From assembly GCA_031275285.1 (NCBI GenBank), contig JAISOY010000001.1, forward strand, positions 6,813-70,812: a stretch of DNA of 64,000 nucleotides, read 5' to 3'. The DNA is from Bacteroidales bacterium (GTDB taxonomy: Bacteria > Bacteroidota > Bacteroidia > Bacteroidales > UBA4181). This document shows, piece after piece, positions 9,939 to 19,829 of this stretch. Below the pieces are notes generated by a model. That model had not been told where the DNA came from, made no database searches, and saw nothing but the letters and a program-made list of their open reading frames with translations. A program made the position numbers and the translations under genes. Within the stretch, counting starts at the first letter, position 1, and every line of letters starts with the position of its first letter.

Positions 9939-11125
9939 ATTACTGTATTTTTATCAAATTTTAATGTTCGTTGTACTATTTTATCATAACTAAGAAATTC
10001 CTCAGAAGTTTTTAACGCCCCTGCTTTCATTTTATTTAATAAATTTGGAGTATCAATTAATACTCTTATTTTCTCAGCTATATTTTCTGCATTAATTTCA
10101 TCTTCCTTTAAAATCATCATATTATTATTTTTGTTTAGATACGCTACCGGTTGATCTTTTAACTGTCCCACAATCAACGGTAATCCCATTCCAATTACTT
10201 GTTGCCATAAAATAGATTGACTTGCAGGAAAAACAGCAAAGTCAGAGGCATCCATATAGTCATACACTTCTTTACCACTTAACCATCCAGTAAAATAGAT
10301 TTGGTTAAATCCTTGACTCATTTTTTCTAACTTAATCTTATAGGTACTATCCTTACCTTGAGGTTCTCCTACTACGATTAAATGGAGACGAGGATCTGAC
10401 AGCATAATAAATGCTTCGATCAAAAAATGAGTCCTTTTCACTATATCTAATTTTCCACCAGTAAAAATCACAAAATCGCCATATGGAATATTGAGTTTTT
10501 CTCTGATTATATGACCATTATGCGCCATTTTAACTTCATTAACCATGTCAATATCGGCTCCTAATGGTAATACCTCCATTCGATCGTAGGGAACTTTATA
10601 TACATCATGTAAAAAAGTCAAGCTAGCTGGTACAACCGGATAGATTTGGTCGATATATTTAATAACGCTATGAAGAAATATTTTTCTTATAATTTTATGC
10701 AAAATATTTAAAGAAATCCAATTGTTTGCAGAATTACTATAATCAGCATGATAATCCATAATAATCTTAGTATTAGGATTTTTCTTTTTATATTTTATCG
10801 CTTCTCTCAAATTCAGATGTATGCTATGTGCAAAAATAATATCTGGTTTTTCAATATTCAATATCTTAGTAACACCTCCGAACTTACGAAGTTTATTAAA
10901 AACATTAAACAAATAGGGAAGTTTTATTATTTTCACGCCATCGATAATCTTTTCATTTTTAACAACGTTTCCGTTATATTTATCAGACATATAATCAAAT
11001 ACAGATTCAAATGTTGAAGCGATAATTGTAACATCATGACCATGTTTTTTATAATACTTTGATAGGAAATTTTCCTGATATTGTAAGGTATGATTATAAA
11101 AATCACATAACATTAGAATTTTCAT
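9935..11125 (-). CDS. glycosyltransferase family 4 (GT-B)
   Basis: 396 aa. MKILMLCDFY N-terminus and GT1/GT4-like C-half. 4-nt overlaps with both neighbours. Confidence 0.75.
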   Translation of the reverse strand: MKILMLCDFYNHTLQYQENFLSKYYKKHGHDVTIIASTFESVFDYMSDKYNGNVVKNEKIIDGVKIIKLPYLFNVFNKLRKFGGVTKILNIEKPDIIFAHSIHLNLREAIKYKKKNPNTKIIMDYHADYSNSANNWISLNILHKIIRKIFLHSVIKYIDQIYPVVPASLTFLHDVYKVPYDRMEVLPLGADIDMVNEVKMAHNGHIIREKLNIPYGDFVIFTGGKLDIVKRTHFLIEAFIMLSDPRLHLIVVGEPQGKDSTYKIKLEKMSQGFNQIYFTGWLSGKEVYDYMDASDFAVFPASQSILWQQVIGMGLPLIVGQLKDQPVAYLNKNNNMMILKEDEINAENIAEKIRVLIDTPNLLNKMKAGALKTSEEFLSYDKIVQRTLKFDKNTVI

Positions 11126-12459
11126 AGAATAGTATGAGAAATTTTATTTGAAAACAAAGGTTCTGAAAAATCGCAATTATTTTTTAACGAAAACATAGTG
11201 GCACTCAATATCCATAGTTCAAAATTATTGAATAGACTACCAGTAACTTGAGCCATCCAGAAAAAAAATACTAATAAACAGAAAAAAAATAAATAGTATG
11301 CAGATTCCCTTCTTAAAGAAGATATTTTTTTATATAAATTATACATAATTATAATAAAAAAGAATAGGCCCAAAAGTCCTAACGCCATCATTATTTCTAA
11401 AAAAATATTGTGAGGATAAGCCCCTCCACTATACTTAGATTCAGTTACAAATCTTTTACCTATAATAGGAGATGATTTAAACATCTCAAAAGCTTCTGAA
11501 TATAAATCAACTCTGGTCTCTTTTTTACCTGTCTGTGAATTTTCTTTCATTAATTTGAACCGATTAAAAATGCCTATTTCGATATTATTCACAGATATAT
11601 ATGATAAAACTAAAGTCCCGGAAATAAATATAATAAATAAAATGGTGAGAATTTTATTATAAAAATTGAATGTCTTTTTTGAATCCGAATAAGTAATAAA
11701 GGCGATTACCATAGTCGTTAAAATTGTTGATAATATAGGTCCTCTGGAGGTACTGATTATCAGATTAAATAATCCTATTATCAAAAAAAACCAAGCAGCA
11801 TTGATTATCAGTCGAGGGAATAGATGTTTGTATTTTACCAATACACAAAAACATGATAAAAAAAGACATCCTCCATATATGCCAAAACTAATTGGGTTAA
11901 GTATATCCAGATCTTTATATAAAAGACCCGCTCTCCTGATAAAAAAGCCTGAAGAGAATGACCAATTGTTCTGATAGAAATAACATAGTAATATTAAAAT
12001 ATTAACAATAATCAGCAAATAAAAACAACGCATTATTGTTTTTTTTACATCCGAAAATTTAAAAGCTATAAGTATTCCAATTACAGGGATTAAAATGGAA
12101 CCCAAGTAATAGGAATAAACATTTAACAGTCCGTAATATACATTAACCTTTACAATTAAAGTATCCCAGATTATTCTTAACAAATAAATAAATAAAAATA
12201 TTAGTAAAGGAGTTGAGGCTTTGCTTAAAGAATGAACTTTTGAAGATAACAGGATAATAATTACATATAACGATAAAAACAAACATATGCCTCTATAAAT
12301 TATACTAATCGGAGTGGACGGAACATTCAATAAAACAGACAATATTGCACATATTGGATAGCCAAAACAAAGTAAAACAAATACCCATGATATAATATTA
12401 CCTAAAAAAACGAATGATTTATTTTGATAGGTATCTGTATGATGGAAATTAGTTACCAT
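11122..12459 (-). CDS. wzy: O-antigen/capsule repeat-unit polymerase (Wzy-like, O-antigen ligase family membrane protein)
   Basis: 445 aa polytopic membrane protein (about 10-12 hydrophobic spans) with a large loop near residues 300-345. Located in the glycan operon. Confidence 0.7.
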   Translation of the reverse strand: MVTNFHHTDTYQNKSFVFLGNIISWVFVLLCFGYPICAILSVLLNVPSTPISIIYRGICLFLSLYVIIILLSSKVHSLSKASTPLLIFLFIYLLRIIWDTLIVKVNVYYGLLNVYSYYLGSILIPVIGILIAFKFSDVKKTIMRCFYLLIIVNILILLCYFYQNNWSFSSGFFIRRAGLLYKDLDILNPISFGIYGGCLFLSCFCVLVKYKHLFPRLIINAAWFFLIIGLFNLIISTSRGPILSTILTTMVIAFITYSDSKKTFNFYNKILTILFIIFISGTLVLSYISVNNIEIGIFNRFKLMKENSQTGKKETRVDLYSEAFEMFKSSPIIGKRFVTESKYSGGAYPHNIFLEIMMALGLLGLFFFIIIMYNLYKKISSLRRESAYYLFFFCLLVFFFWMAQVTGSLFNNFELWILSATMFSLKNNCDFSEPLFSNKISHTIL

Positions 12460-13792
12460 TATGTTTTTTTAGAAAATTACAATACAACTTTTTAAACCAT
12501 TTTCTTTTTCTTGTTACAGAATTATTATGCCACAAGATAGTAAAATTTCCACCAACTATTTTACATCTTTGATATAACTTTACAATCTGTCTATGGGCTT
12601 CTTTGATTGTATATTTCTTGTACCCAAATAAAGTCATATCCATTACAATAAGCGGACGTTCTTTAATCGTAAATTGTACATCATTTTTCAAATCATATGG
12701 ATGAAAGTCATAACATGTTCCACATCGAAACCCTTCCCTATCTGCATATCCAAGAGTAGAATCATATAATATTCCTGCTTTTTCTAAATTCCTGAATGTA
12801 GAATGAATATCAAAACGTAAATAATGCTGTCTCGCATATATAATAGATTTATTAGATGCTAACTCTATCTTTTGTTTCTCCAATGAATACAAGTTTTCAT
12901 CAGTTAAAGTTTCAAAACTTGCATGATATCCAATAATCATATTTATTTTATCGATCTGAAGAAAAACATCTCGAACCTGTGATTGATTTGGATCATATCC
13001 GCAATCATATTTATTAGGTACTGCACCCATAAAATAAAATTCAGATATAAGATTGTATTGATGAGATATGTTAAGCAATTCATTAATAGCTGTAATATAT
13101 GGGTCATTTGCTGGTCTATTAAAAGATCGAATATATTGAATAACAGATCTAAAAAAAACAAAAATATTTTTAGACAAATAGATATCTCCAAGAAGGGTTC
13201 TTATTGATTTTTTAAAACTGGAAAATCTTCTTACCTCATCAATATCATGAGATGGTATTATTGTACACTTCGGAATAACAAAAGTATTTTCCGGAAATAA
13301 TATTTTTAGATATTTTTGTAGTATTAAAGCATATTCGTCTACAATAGGATAATCGATGAAATTATATTTTGTTGCAATGCTATGTTTGCTTTCAAACCTG
13401 CCATATACATCCCGGTCTTGAATAAATGCTTCCTCACAACGTGAAAGCATAATAAATGATAGGGGTATAATATCTGCATATATAAATAATTCATTACCTA
13501 TTACTTCTGCAAAAGAAAAACCATCTTCGAGAGGAATTGGGATCATCCCCATACCATCAATAGTTGCAATTTTATTAAGCTTAAGCCCCCCAGTTATAAG
13601 AGACAAAATATCAGAACAATGTGAGATTTGAAATATTATTTTTTTTGTCCCAATGAGCGCTGATGCCTTTTTTCTATCTTCTGCGACTTCAATTAATACT
13701 TGATCCTGAAATTCAGGGCATGCAATCATTAATAAATGCTTAATTGTATATTTTATGGCATTTACAGTTAAATAGATATTTTCATTTTCCAT
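12449..13792 (-). CDS. hypothetical protein, possibly polysaccharide-deacetylase-like
   Basis: 447 aa, overlapping both neighbours so likely translationally coupled. The motifs SHDIDEV, GYHASFE and ILWHNN vaguely recall CE4-type deacetylases. The function call is weak. Confidence 0.5.
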   Translation of the reverse strand: MENENIYLTVNAIKYTIKHLLMIACPEFQDQVLIEVAEDRKKASALIGTKKIIFQISHCSDILSLITGGLKLNKIATIDGMGMIPIPLEDGFSFAEVIGNELFIYADIIPLSFIMLSRCEEAFIQDRDVYGRFESKHSIATKYNFIDYPIVDEYALILQKYLKILFPENTFVIPKCTIIPSHDIDEVRRFSSFKKSIRTLLGDIYLSKNIFVFFRSVIQYIRSFNRPANDPYITAINELLNISHQYNLISEFYFMGAVPNKYDCGYDPNQSQVRDVFLQIDKINMIIGYHASFETLTDENLYSLEKQKIELASNKSIIYARQHYLRFDIHSTFRNLEKAGILYDSTLGYADREGFRCGTCYDFHPYDLKNDVQFTIKERPLIVMDMTLFGYKKYTIKEAHRQIVKLYQRCKIVGGNFTILWHNNSVTRKRKWFKKLYCNFLKKHNGN

Positions 13793-14423
13793 TCACAAAA
13801 AAATTAATATCAATATCTTTTAGTAAAAAGGGATTTCCATGTCCACTATATACAATAATATTTTTATTATAAAATTTTGAAAAAACAAGATCCAAACTGT
13901 TTTTCAATTGATTTTTATTCCCCCCGGGTAATTTCGTGACTGTTTGGAAATCTTTTATTAAAAGATCTCCACAAAATAAATTATTATAAAAATAAAAAGA
14001 AATACTACCATCAGTATGTCCGGGTGTATTAAAAAAATCAATCATTACCCCATTCCACAATAATTCATTATTAATGGACTCTATAGTTATATCTGCAGGA
14101 CAGCATTTAAATCCGGATTGATTATAAAAAGCAGATAAATTTTTCTTTGCATCAATCATATGTTCACTACAAATTGCAGATGAAATAACTTTGCATGGAA
14201 ACAAATTTTTGAGTTGATTTACCCCCCATATATGATCAAAATGCTCATGTGTAAGTATAATATATTCCGGAGATATTTTTCTATCTTTGATGAACTTTAA
14301 AAGTTCATTGCAATATTCTGCTCCCGGATCTACAATAATACAATTAGCATTATTTTGAATATATAGAATAAAACAATTCGAATCAACAGGCGAATTTATA
14401 ATTTGTTTTACCTCAATTTTCAT
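13782..14423 (-). CDS. MBL-fold metallo-hydrolase (possible thioesterase of the acyl cassette)
   Basis: 213 aa with the canonical HxHxDH motif (THEHFDHIWG). Confidence 0.85.
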   Translation of the reverse strand: MKIEVKQIINSPVDSNCFILYIQNNANCIIVDPGAEYCNELLKFIKDRKISPEYIILTHEHFDHIWGVNQLKNLFPCKVISSAICSEHMIDAKKNLSAFYNQSGFKCCPADITIESINNELLWNGVMIDFFNTPGHTDGSISFYFYNNLFCGDLLIKDFQTVTKLPGGNKNQLKNSLDLVFSKFYNKNIIVYSGHGNPFLLKDIDINFFVNGK

Positions 14424-14427
14424 CAGA

Positions 14428-15183
14428 TCAGGCAGTAACGTTTATAGTCCTTCCTCCATCTACTGTTATTTGCTGACCCGTTATCCACCGGGATTTTTCA
14501 GATAAAAGAAATACAACAGCTTCAGCAATATCCTCCGGAAAACCAAGTCCCAAAGGGTAAGTAGCTTCCATTCTTTTCAAAACTTCTTCATTCTCATAAA
14601 TACTTTCTGTCATTTCTGTTTTTACTCCGCCGGGAAGAACAGAATTAACTCTGACATGAGGAGCTAACTCAACAGCCAAACAACGCATAAGTGAATCCAA
14701 AGCACCCTTAGATGCTCCATAAACACTAAGCGCCTTTGCACCCATGTTACTTATATTACTTGATATAAATACAATATTCTTCATAGCCAGGTTATTTATT
14801 TTCCTTTGCATCAGGGTTTTTATTATAATAACTGCCGATATGAAATTCGTATTTAATGTATTTGAGATATTATCAATTGTCACCATTTTTAACGGAAGCA
14901 TTTTCATATAACCGGCACAATGGACAAAATGGCTTATTCTGATCTGATTTTTTTCTATAAATTCAGATAAGGTTGATGCTATGTCGTTGATATTGTTTAA
15001 ATCAAATGTCCAGATTAAGATTTTCCTTTCTTTTCCACACATTTTTTCCGTAGATTCTAATCGTTCTTCGTTTCTTCCGTTCAGAATAATATTATATTCT
15101 TTTGACAAAATAGATGCCATAACCTTTCCTATTCCGGAAGAAGCTCCGGTTAACAATAAATAAGAATCCCTTTCATCTTCCAT
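14428..15183 (-). CDS. SDR-family oxidoreductase (3-oxoacyl-ACP reductase-like)
   Basis: 251 aa with TGASSGIGK and YGASK (YxxxK). Confidence 0.9.
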   Translation of the reverse strand: MEDERDSYLLLTGASSGIGKVMASILSKEYNIILNGRNEERLESTEKMCGKERKILIWTFDLNNINDIASTLSEFIEKNQIRISHFVHCAGYMKMLPLKMVTIDNISNTLNTNFISAVIIIKTLMQRKINNLAMKNIVFISSNISNMGAKALSVYGASKGALDSLMRCLAVELAPHVRVNSVLPGGVKTEMTESIYENEEVLKRMEATYPLGLGFPEDIAEAVVFLLSEKSRWITGQQITVDGGRTINVTA

Positions 15184-15201
15184 AATGATATGTTCTAATT
15201 A

Positions 15202-15963
15202 TTATTGTGCTGTAAATCCACCATCGATATTAAAAACAGCTCCAGTAACCCATTTACTGGCATCCGATAATAAATACGATATCGCATAAGCGATATCTTC
15301 CGGATCGCCAAGTCCTAAAGGATGTAATTTTTCCAAAATATCTGAATGGCTTTCATCAAACATTGGATTAATATCATCCGACATTTTTGTTTTAATAAAT
15401 CCCGGAGCGACACAATTGACACGTATCCCTTTTGATGCAAGCTCCATCGATAGAGATTTAGTAATACCAATGATCGCTGATTTACTCATCGCATACCCTA
15501 CATTTGCAGCAGAACCAACAATACCATATACTGATGAAACCAGAACAATGGAAGCCGTTCCTCCTGCATATACATTTCTGTTTATAAAAGTTTTAGCTAA
15601 TTCGATTGCCGAATATGTATTCAGATTATAGATTTCCTGACATTTTCTTTCATTAATTGACTTAAGAGGTGCAATATATGGCTTTCCTGCAAGATGAACC
15701 AATCCATTGAGTTTTCCAAAATCACATACTTTAGTAAGTACTTTATCTTTAATTTCAGAAGGAATACTTAAATCAACGATCAAATAATCATCGGTTGATG
15801 CACAAGCTTGTAGCGTTTCTTTTAGTCCATTTTCATTTATATCAACTAAAAGAAGCTTAGCTCCCATTTGAGACAAAAAAAGACTTGTTGCTCTCCCGAT
15901 TCCAGATGCAGCTCCTGTTATCAAAAATGTTTTCTCCCTAAGAGAGAATGGATTTATATCCAT
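15202..15963 (-). CDS. SDR-family oxidoreductase (FabG-like)
   Basis: 253 aa with TGAASGIGRA and YAMSK (YxxxK). Confidence 0.9.
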   Translation of the reverse strand: MDINPFSLREKTFLITGAASGIGRATSLFLSQMGAKLLLVDINENGLKETLQACASTDDYLIVDLSIPSEIKDKVLTKVCDFGKLNGLVHLAGKPYIAPLKSINERKCQEIYNLNTYSAIELAKTFINRNVYAGGTASIVLVSSVYGIVGSAANVGYAMSKSAIIGITKSLSMELASKGIRVNCVAPGFIKTKMSDDINPMFDESHSDILEKLHPLGLGDPEDIAYAISYLLSDASKWVTGAVFNIDGGFTAQ

Positions 15964-15975
15964 CGTTTTATCAAA

Positions 15976-16191
15976 TTACTTTTTACTAATTATCAGTTTC
16001 TTTAAATTACCAATTGTTTTTGCATCATTAATTTCAGCAGCAGAAAGAGTAACACTATAATTTTCATCTGCTAATGCAATAATTGAAAGAATTGTTAACG
16101 AATCCCAACAATCAAAGCCAGATAATTCATCATCTAATTCTACGGTATCAACTTCAAGAACTTCTGCCATATCTTTTTCAAAATTTTCCAT
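15976..16191 (-). CDS. acyl carrier protein
   Basis: 71 aa acidic protein with a DSL phosphopantetheine-serine motif (CWDSLTILSI). Confidence 0.8.
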   Translation of the reverse strand: MENFEKDMAEVLEVDTVELDDELSGFDCWDSLTILSIIALADENYSVTLSAAEINDAKTIGNLKKLIISKK

Positions 16192-16196
16192 AATGA

Positions 16197-17261
16197 TTAA
16201 TAATAAATGATTTCATTAAATTTTAAATTATTCATATCAAGTAAAAGCGATCCCCAGGTCAATCCGACACCAAATCCGGCTAAACATAATTTAAAGTTAT
16301 GTTTGGTCAGGTTTTCTCCCAAGTTATAACTAATATTTAGCGGAATTGTAACACCGCTCGAATTTCCAAAATTTTCTACGATATTACTGGGAATTTTATC
16401 ACGAGAGACACCTATCTTATCTGCTAATTTCTGCAGCATAAACCGATTAGGTTGATGAAACATGTAATAATCAATATCGTCCCTAGTCACATTTGCTTGA
16501 ACAAGAAGTGACTCAATCATCGGAGGTACTTCTTTCTGGACAAAATTAAATACTTCATCTCCTTTCATTACCAGATGATCTTTACTTCTAAGGTTACCAT
16601 TAATATCTTCTTCCAGAATCGCTGTTTTCGGAGATGATGGCAGTCGCGCACCTCCAGCAGGGATATTAAGAGCCATTGCACCTGCACCATTCATTTTTAT
16701 ATTTCCAAAAATAATATTCTCGTCATCAGAAATTTCAACAATAGTAATTGCTGCTGCATCACCGATTAACGGATTACTATTTCTATCCTTTTTCGATACC
16801 TTAGGACTTAACACATCAGCATTAAGCAGTACAACCTTTTTAATGGCTTCCAAATCCAATAACATAAAAGCTTGTATAAGGCCGAGAATATATCCTGCAC
16901 ACCCTTGGTTTATATCCAGACATATCATATCTTCCTTCAGTCCAAAATATCCTTGTATCAAATTACTGGTAGGGGGCATTATATAATCCCCTGATTGAGT
17001 AACCAACACAAGCGCATCAATATCTTCCTTTTCCAATTTTCCAACTTCAAAAAGATACGATAATCCATGTATGCAGAGATCAGAAGAACAGACTCCTTCT
17101 TCTACAATTCGTTTCTTATTATATCCCATAGCCATTTTTAATTTTAAGGATTTCGCAGTGGAAAAATTATAATTTCCCATTTCATCCTCAAAATAGACTT
17201 CCCTATCAGGGAGAATAGATAAGATTCCGGTTATTTTCTTATTTTGAAATTTAAAATCCAT
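16197..17261 (-). CDS. 3-oxoacyl-ACP synthase III (KAS III/FabH-like)
   Basis: 354 aa with the Cys-His-Asn triad contexts NQGCAGY, FHQPN and FGNSSGVT. Confidence 0.85.
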   Translation of the reverse strand: MDFKFQNKKITGILSILPDREVYFEDEMGNYNFSTAKSLKLKMAMGYNKKRIVEEGVCSSDLCIHGLSYLFEVGKLEKEDIDALVLVTQSGDYIMPPTSNLIQGYFGLKEDMICLDINQGCAGYILGLIQAFMLLDLEAIKKVVLLNADVLSPKVSKKDRNSNPLIGDAAAITIVEISDDENIIFGNIKMNGAGAMALNIPAGGARLPSSPKTAILEEDINGNLRSKDHLVMKGDEVFNFVQKEVPPMIESLLVQANVTRDDIDYYMFHQPNRFMLQKLADKIGVSRDKIPSNIVENFGNSSGVTIPLNISYNLGENLTKHNFKLCLAGFGVGLTWGSLLLDMNNLKFNEIIYY

Positions 17262-17263
17262 AA

Positions 17264-17494
17264 TTATATAACACCCTTTTTTCTTAATAAAGTAGCGATA
17301 CTTTCAATAGAAGAAAAATTATCAGGGATAATATCTATTCCATCAATAGAAATATCAAATGTTGTATCTAAGGAATTGACCAAATTTACAATATCAAATG
17401 AGTCCAACATTCCTTCTTCTATAAAATTAACATCTTCAGTAAAATCAAATTCTGGGCGAAGATCGGTTAAAATTGTTATTATTTTCTCTATCAT
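17264..17494 (-). CDS. acyl/peptidyl carrier protein (DltC-like)
   Basis: 76 aa with the GMLDSFDIVNLV serine motif. Adjacent to the adenylating enzyme cassette. Confidence 0.8.
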   Translation of the reverse strand: MIEKIITILTDLRPEFDFTEDVNFIEEGMLDSFDIVNLVNSLDTTFDISIDGIDIIPDNFSSIESIATLLRKKGVI

Positions 17495-17502
17495 ATGATT
17501 AA

Positions 17503-18291
17503 TTACATTATAAGTATTTCATCCATAATATTTTCAAATCGAAAGCCATAGTGTATATATCGCTTAATGGCATTTTCATTATCCTTTAAAACCCAAAATA
17601 ATTGCCGTTTCGAATTATTTCCTTTAAAAAAGAATTTTCTTAACAAAAGAGATCCAATTTTAATACCTCGACATTCTTTTGCTACAAACCAATAACGCAG
17701 ATATTGAGTAGCACCTGATATTTCATATGCGAGAAAACCTGCAATTCTATTGTTTTTCTTATATAGCAATAATGTCTTGTCTTCAATCCAATTATCAATC
17801 TCTTCTATGAATGGGATTTGCTCTGCCCTTTTATCAAAATTGTCATATAATAAAGATAATATGTCTTCAGCATCCGTTTTTTGTGCTTCAATAATTTCAT
17901 CACCAATGAATGAAGCTTCAAGGACTGTTTTTCTACTCATCCTTATTAAAGATTTGTACGGAGAAAACCCATATTCTAAAAAAGGTATTTTCAATCTTTC
18001 AATTGTTTCTTTATCTCCTCCCAAAATATCAATTGAATAACTACATTTATCTAAATACTTTACATCTCTAGATAAATCTTCTATAGAACCTGAGCAAAAG
18101 AAAAGGTGATAAAAGTCATCATTTTGTTTTAACAAAAAAAGTGTGTTTCCAAATGTTACTAATTTCAGCACTCTTTTTTCCACCCATAAATTGTGCTTTT
18201 TCATGTCAAGGAAAAAATTAGTGATAAAACCTTTAGATTTTACACCAGCGACAGCTTCTTGAATTTGATATATGTTTTCAACTAAAACCAT
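17503..18291 (-). CDS. GNAT-family acyltransferase (putative)
   Basis: 262 aa. The C-terminal half has a GNAT motif-A-like segment (ECRGIKIGSLLLRKF). Confidence 0.55.
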   Translation of the reverse strand: MVLVENIYQIQEAVAGVKSKGFITNFFLDMKKHNLWVEKRVLKLVTFGNTLFLLKQNDDFYHLFFCSGSIEDLSRDVKYLDKCSYSIDILGGDKETIERLKIPFLEYGFSPYKSLIRMSRKTVLEASFIGDEIIEAQKTDAEDILSLLYDNFDKRAEQIPFIEEIDNWIEDKTLLLYKKNNRIAGFLAYEISGATQYLRYWFVAKECRGIKIGSLLLRKFFFKGNNSKRQLFWVLKDNENAIKRYIHYGFRFENIMDEILIM

Positions 18292-18296
18292 ATAAA

Positions 18297-19823
18297 TTAT
18301 CCATTCACTATTTTAGTCAAAGATAGTCTATCTATTTTTCCATTCGTATTTCTGGGTAATTCATCCATTTTTAAATAAATGGTAGGAAGCATATATTTGG
18401 GTAAAACTGTAGTAATTTGCTTCCTGAACTCCGCTATAGATATTTCTTTTTCGGATTCATAAAAAAGAGTAATTTCTTTTTTTGCATAATTATATATTAC
18501 ACATCCATTTTTTGCTAACTTTAGTGTATTTACTATAACATGTTCAATTTCGCCCAACTCTATTCTATACCCTAAATGCTTGATTAAACTATCCTTACGA
18601 CCTTTAAAAATTATTTCACCTCTATTATTAGTACTTACAATATCACCAGTTCTATAAATTATTTCAGGATATGATCTATTCACTGGGTTCTGGACAAATG
18701 CAACTTTTGTTTTTTCAGGATTATTATAATATCCCATTGCAAGAGAAGTTCCCCTGACACACAATTCCCCTTCCTCCCCTTGAGATGCTAATTCTTCTTT
18801 TTCATTTAAAATAAGGATATCTGTATTTCTACATGGAAATCCAATAGGAATAGGTTCATCATCATTTATTTCCCTATTTGCAATAAAAAAAGTACAATCC
18901 AGTGTAATTTCTATTGGCCCATATAAATTAGTAAACTGGACATTTGACAATTGTTTTTTCCAATAATTAAATTGCTTAGTAGGAAATACTTCACCAGCAA
19001 ACCATACTTTTTTTAAATCAGGCAACTGAATTTTCGATAACAGATCCATGTTGGCAATATTTACCATGATAGTAGGTACCCAAAATAAAAAAGTAACCTT
19101 TTTTTCCTTTAATAAATCCAATATTTTTATAGGAAAAGCAGCAAAAGAATCAGGGATCAAAACAATTGTACTCCCTTTTGCCATTAACATACAAAGTTCA
19201 AAACTATAAATATCAAAAACCAAGGGAGAAAGAGAACCCATAATTTCATTATCGGAAAATTGAAATGTATCTTTTGCCCATTCTGTAAAATCAATAAAGC
19301 TTTTATGATTAAGTAGCACTCCTTTAGGAACACCTGTTGATCCAGAAGTATTTATGATACAATAAGGATCTGTATCTATTACAGAATCTCGTTTTATTTT
19401 TAAACGTTCATTTTTTGAATAAGAGTCATTATCAATATCATCAATATTGATGATATTGATGTTAGTGTTTATTCTTCTTAACTTTTCAATATTAAAAGAA
19501 TTTGTAATTATTGCAGCAGGTTGAATTAGTTCTAGTATATTATTGATCCGGATTTCCGGAGATTTTATATCTATATTCATATAAAAATTTGCACTATAGG
19601 TAATTGCAATATCAGCAACGACACTATCTACACTTTTAGGTAGGTAAACCGCAATAGGTTTATTGATTATATTTGAAAAAAAAGTATCTAAATGTAAAGC
19701 TAATGCTAAAGATCTTTTTTGTAGAGATAAAAAACTAACATTAAATTCACCATCTATAACGGCAATTTTAGATGGTTGCTTTTTAACCGTTTCTTCAAAA
19801 TATTCAATTATATTTATTTGCAT
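18297..19823 (-). CDS. adenylate-forming enzyme (stand-alone adenylation domain, DltA/amino-acid-adenylation-like)
   Basis: 508 aa with core motifs NTSGSTGVPKGV, YRTGD, GRKDSLIKHLGYRIELGEIE and NGKIDR. Confidence 0.9.
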   Translation of the reverse strand: MQINIIEYFEETVKKQPSKIAVIDGEFNVSFLSLQKRSLALALHLDTFFSNIINKPIAVYLPKSVDSVVADIAITYSANFYMNIDIKSPEIRINNILELIQPAAIITNSFNIEKLRRINTNINIINIDDIDNDSYSKNERLKIKRDSVIDTDPYCIINTSGSTGVPKGVLLNHKSFIDFTEWAKDTFQFSDNEIMGSLSPLVFDIYSFELCMLMAKGSTIVLIPDSFAAFPIKILDLLKEKKVTFLFWVPTIMVNIANMDLLSKIQLPDLKKVWFAGEVFPTKQFNYWKKQLSNVQFTNLYGPIEITLDCTFFIANREINDDEPIPIGFPCRNTDILILNEKEELASQGEEGELCVRGTSLAMGYYNNPEKTKVAFVQNPVNRSYPEIIYRTGDIVSTNNRGEIIFKGRKDSLIKHLGYRIELGEIEHVIVNTLKLAKNGCVIYNYAKKEITLFYESEKEISIAEFRKQITTVLPKYMLPTIYLKMDELPRNTNGKIDRLSLTKIVNG

Positions 19824-19829
19824 TTGGAA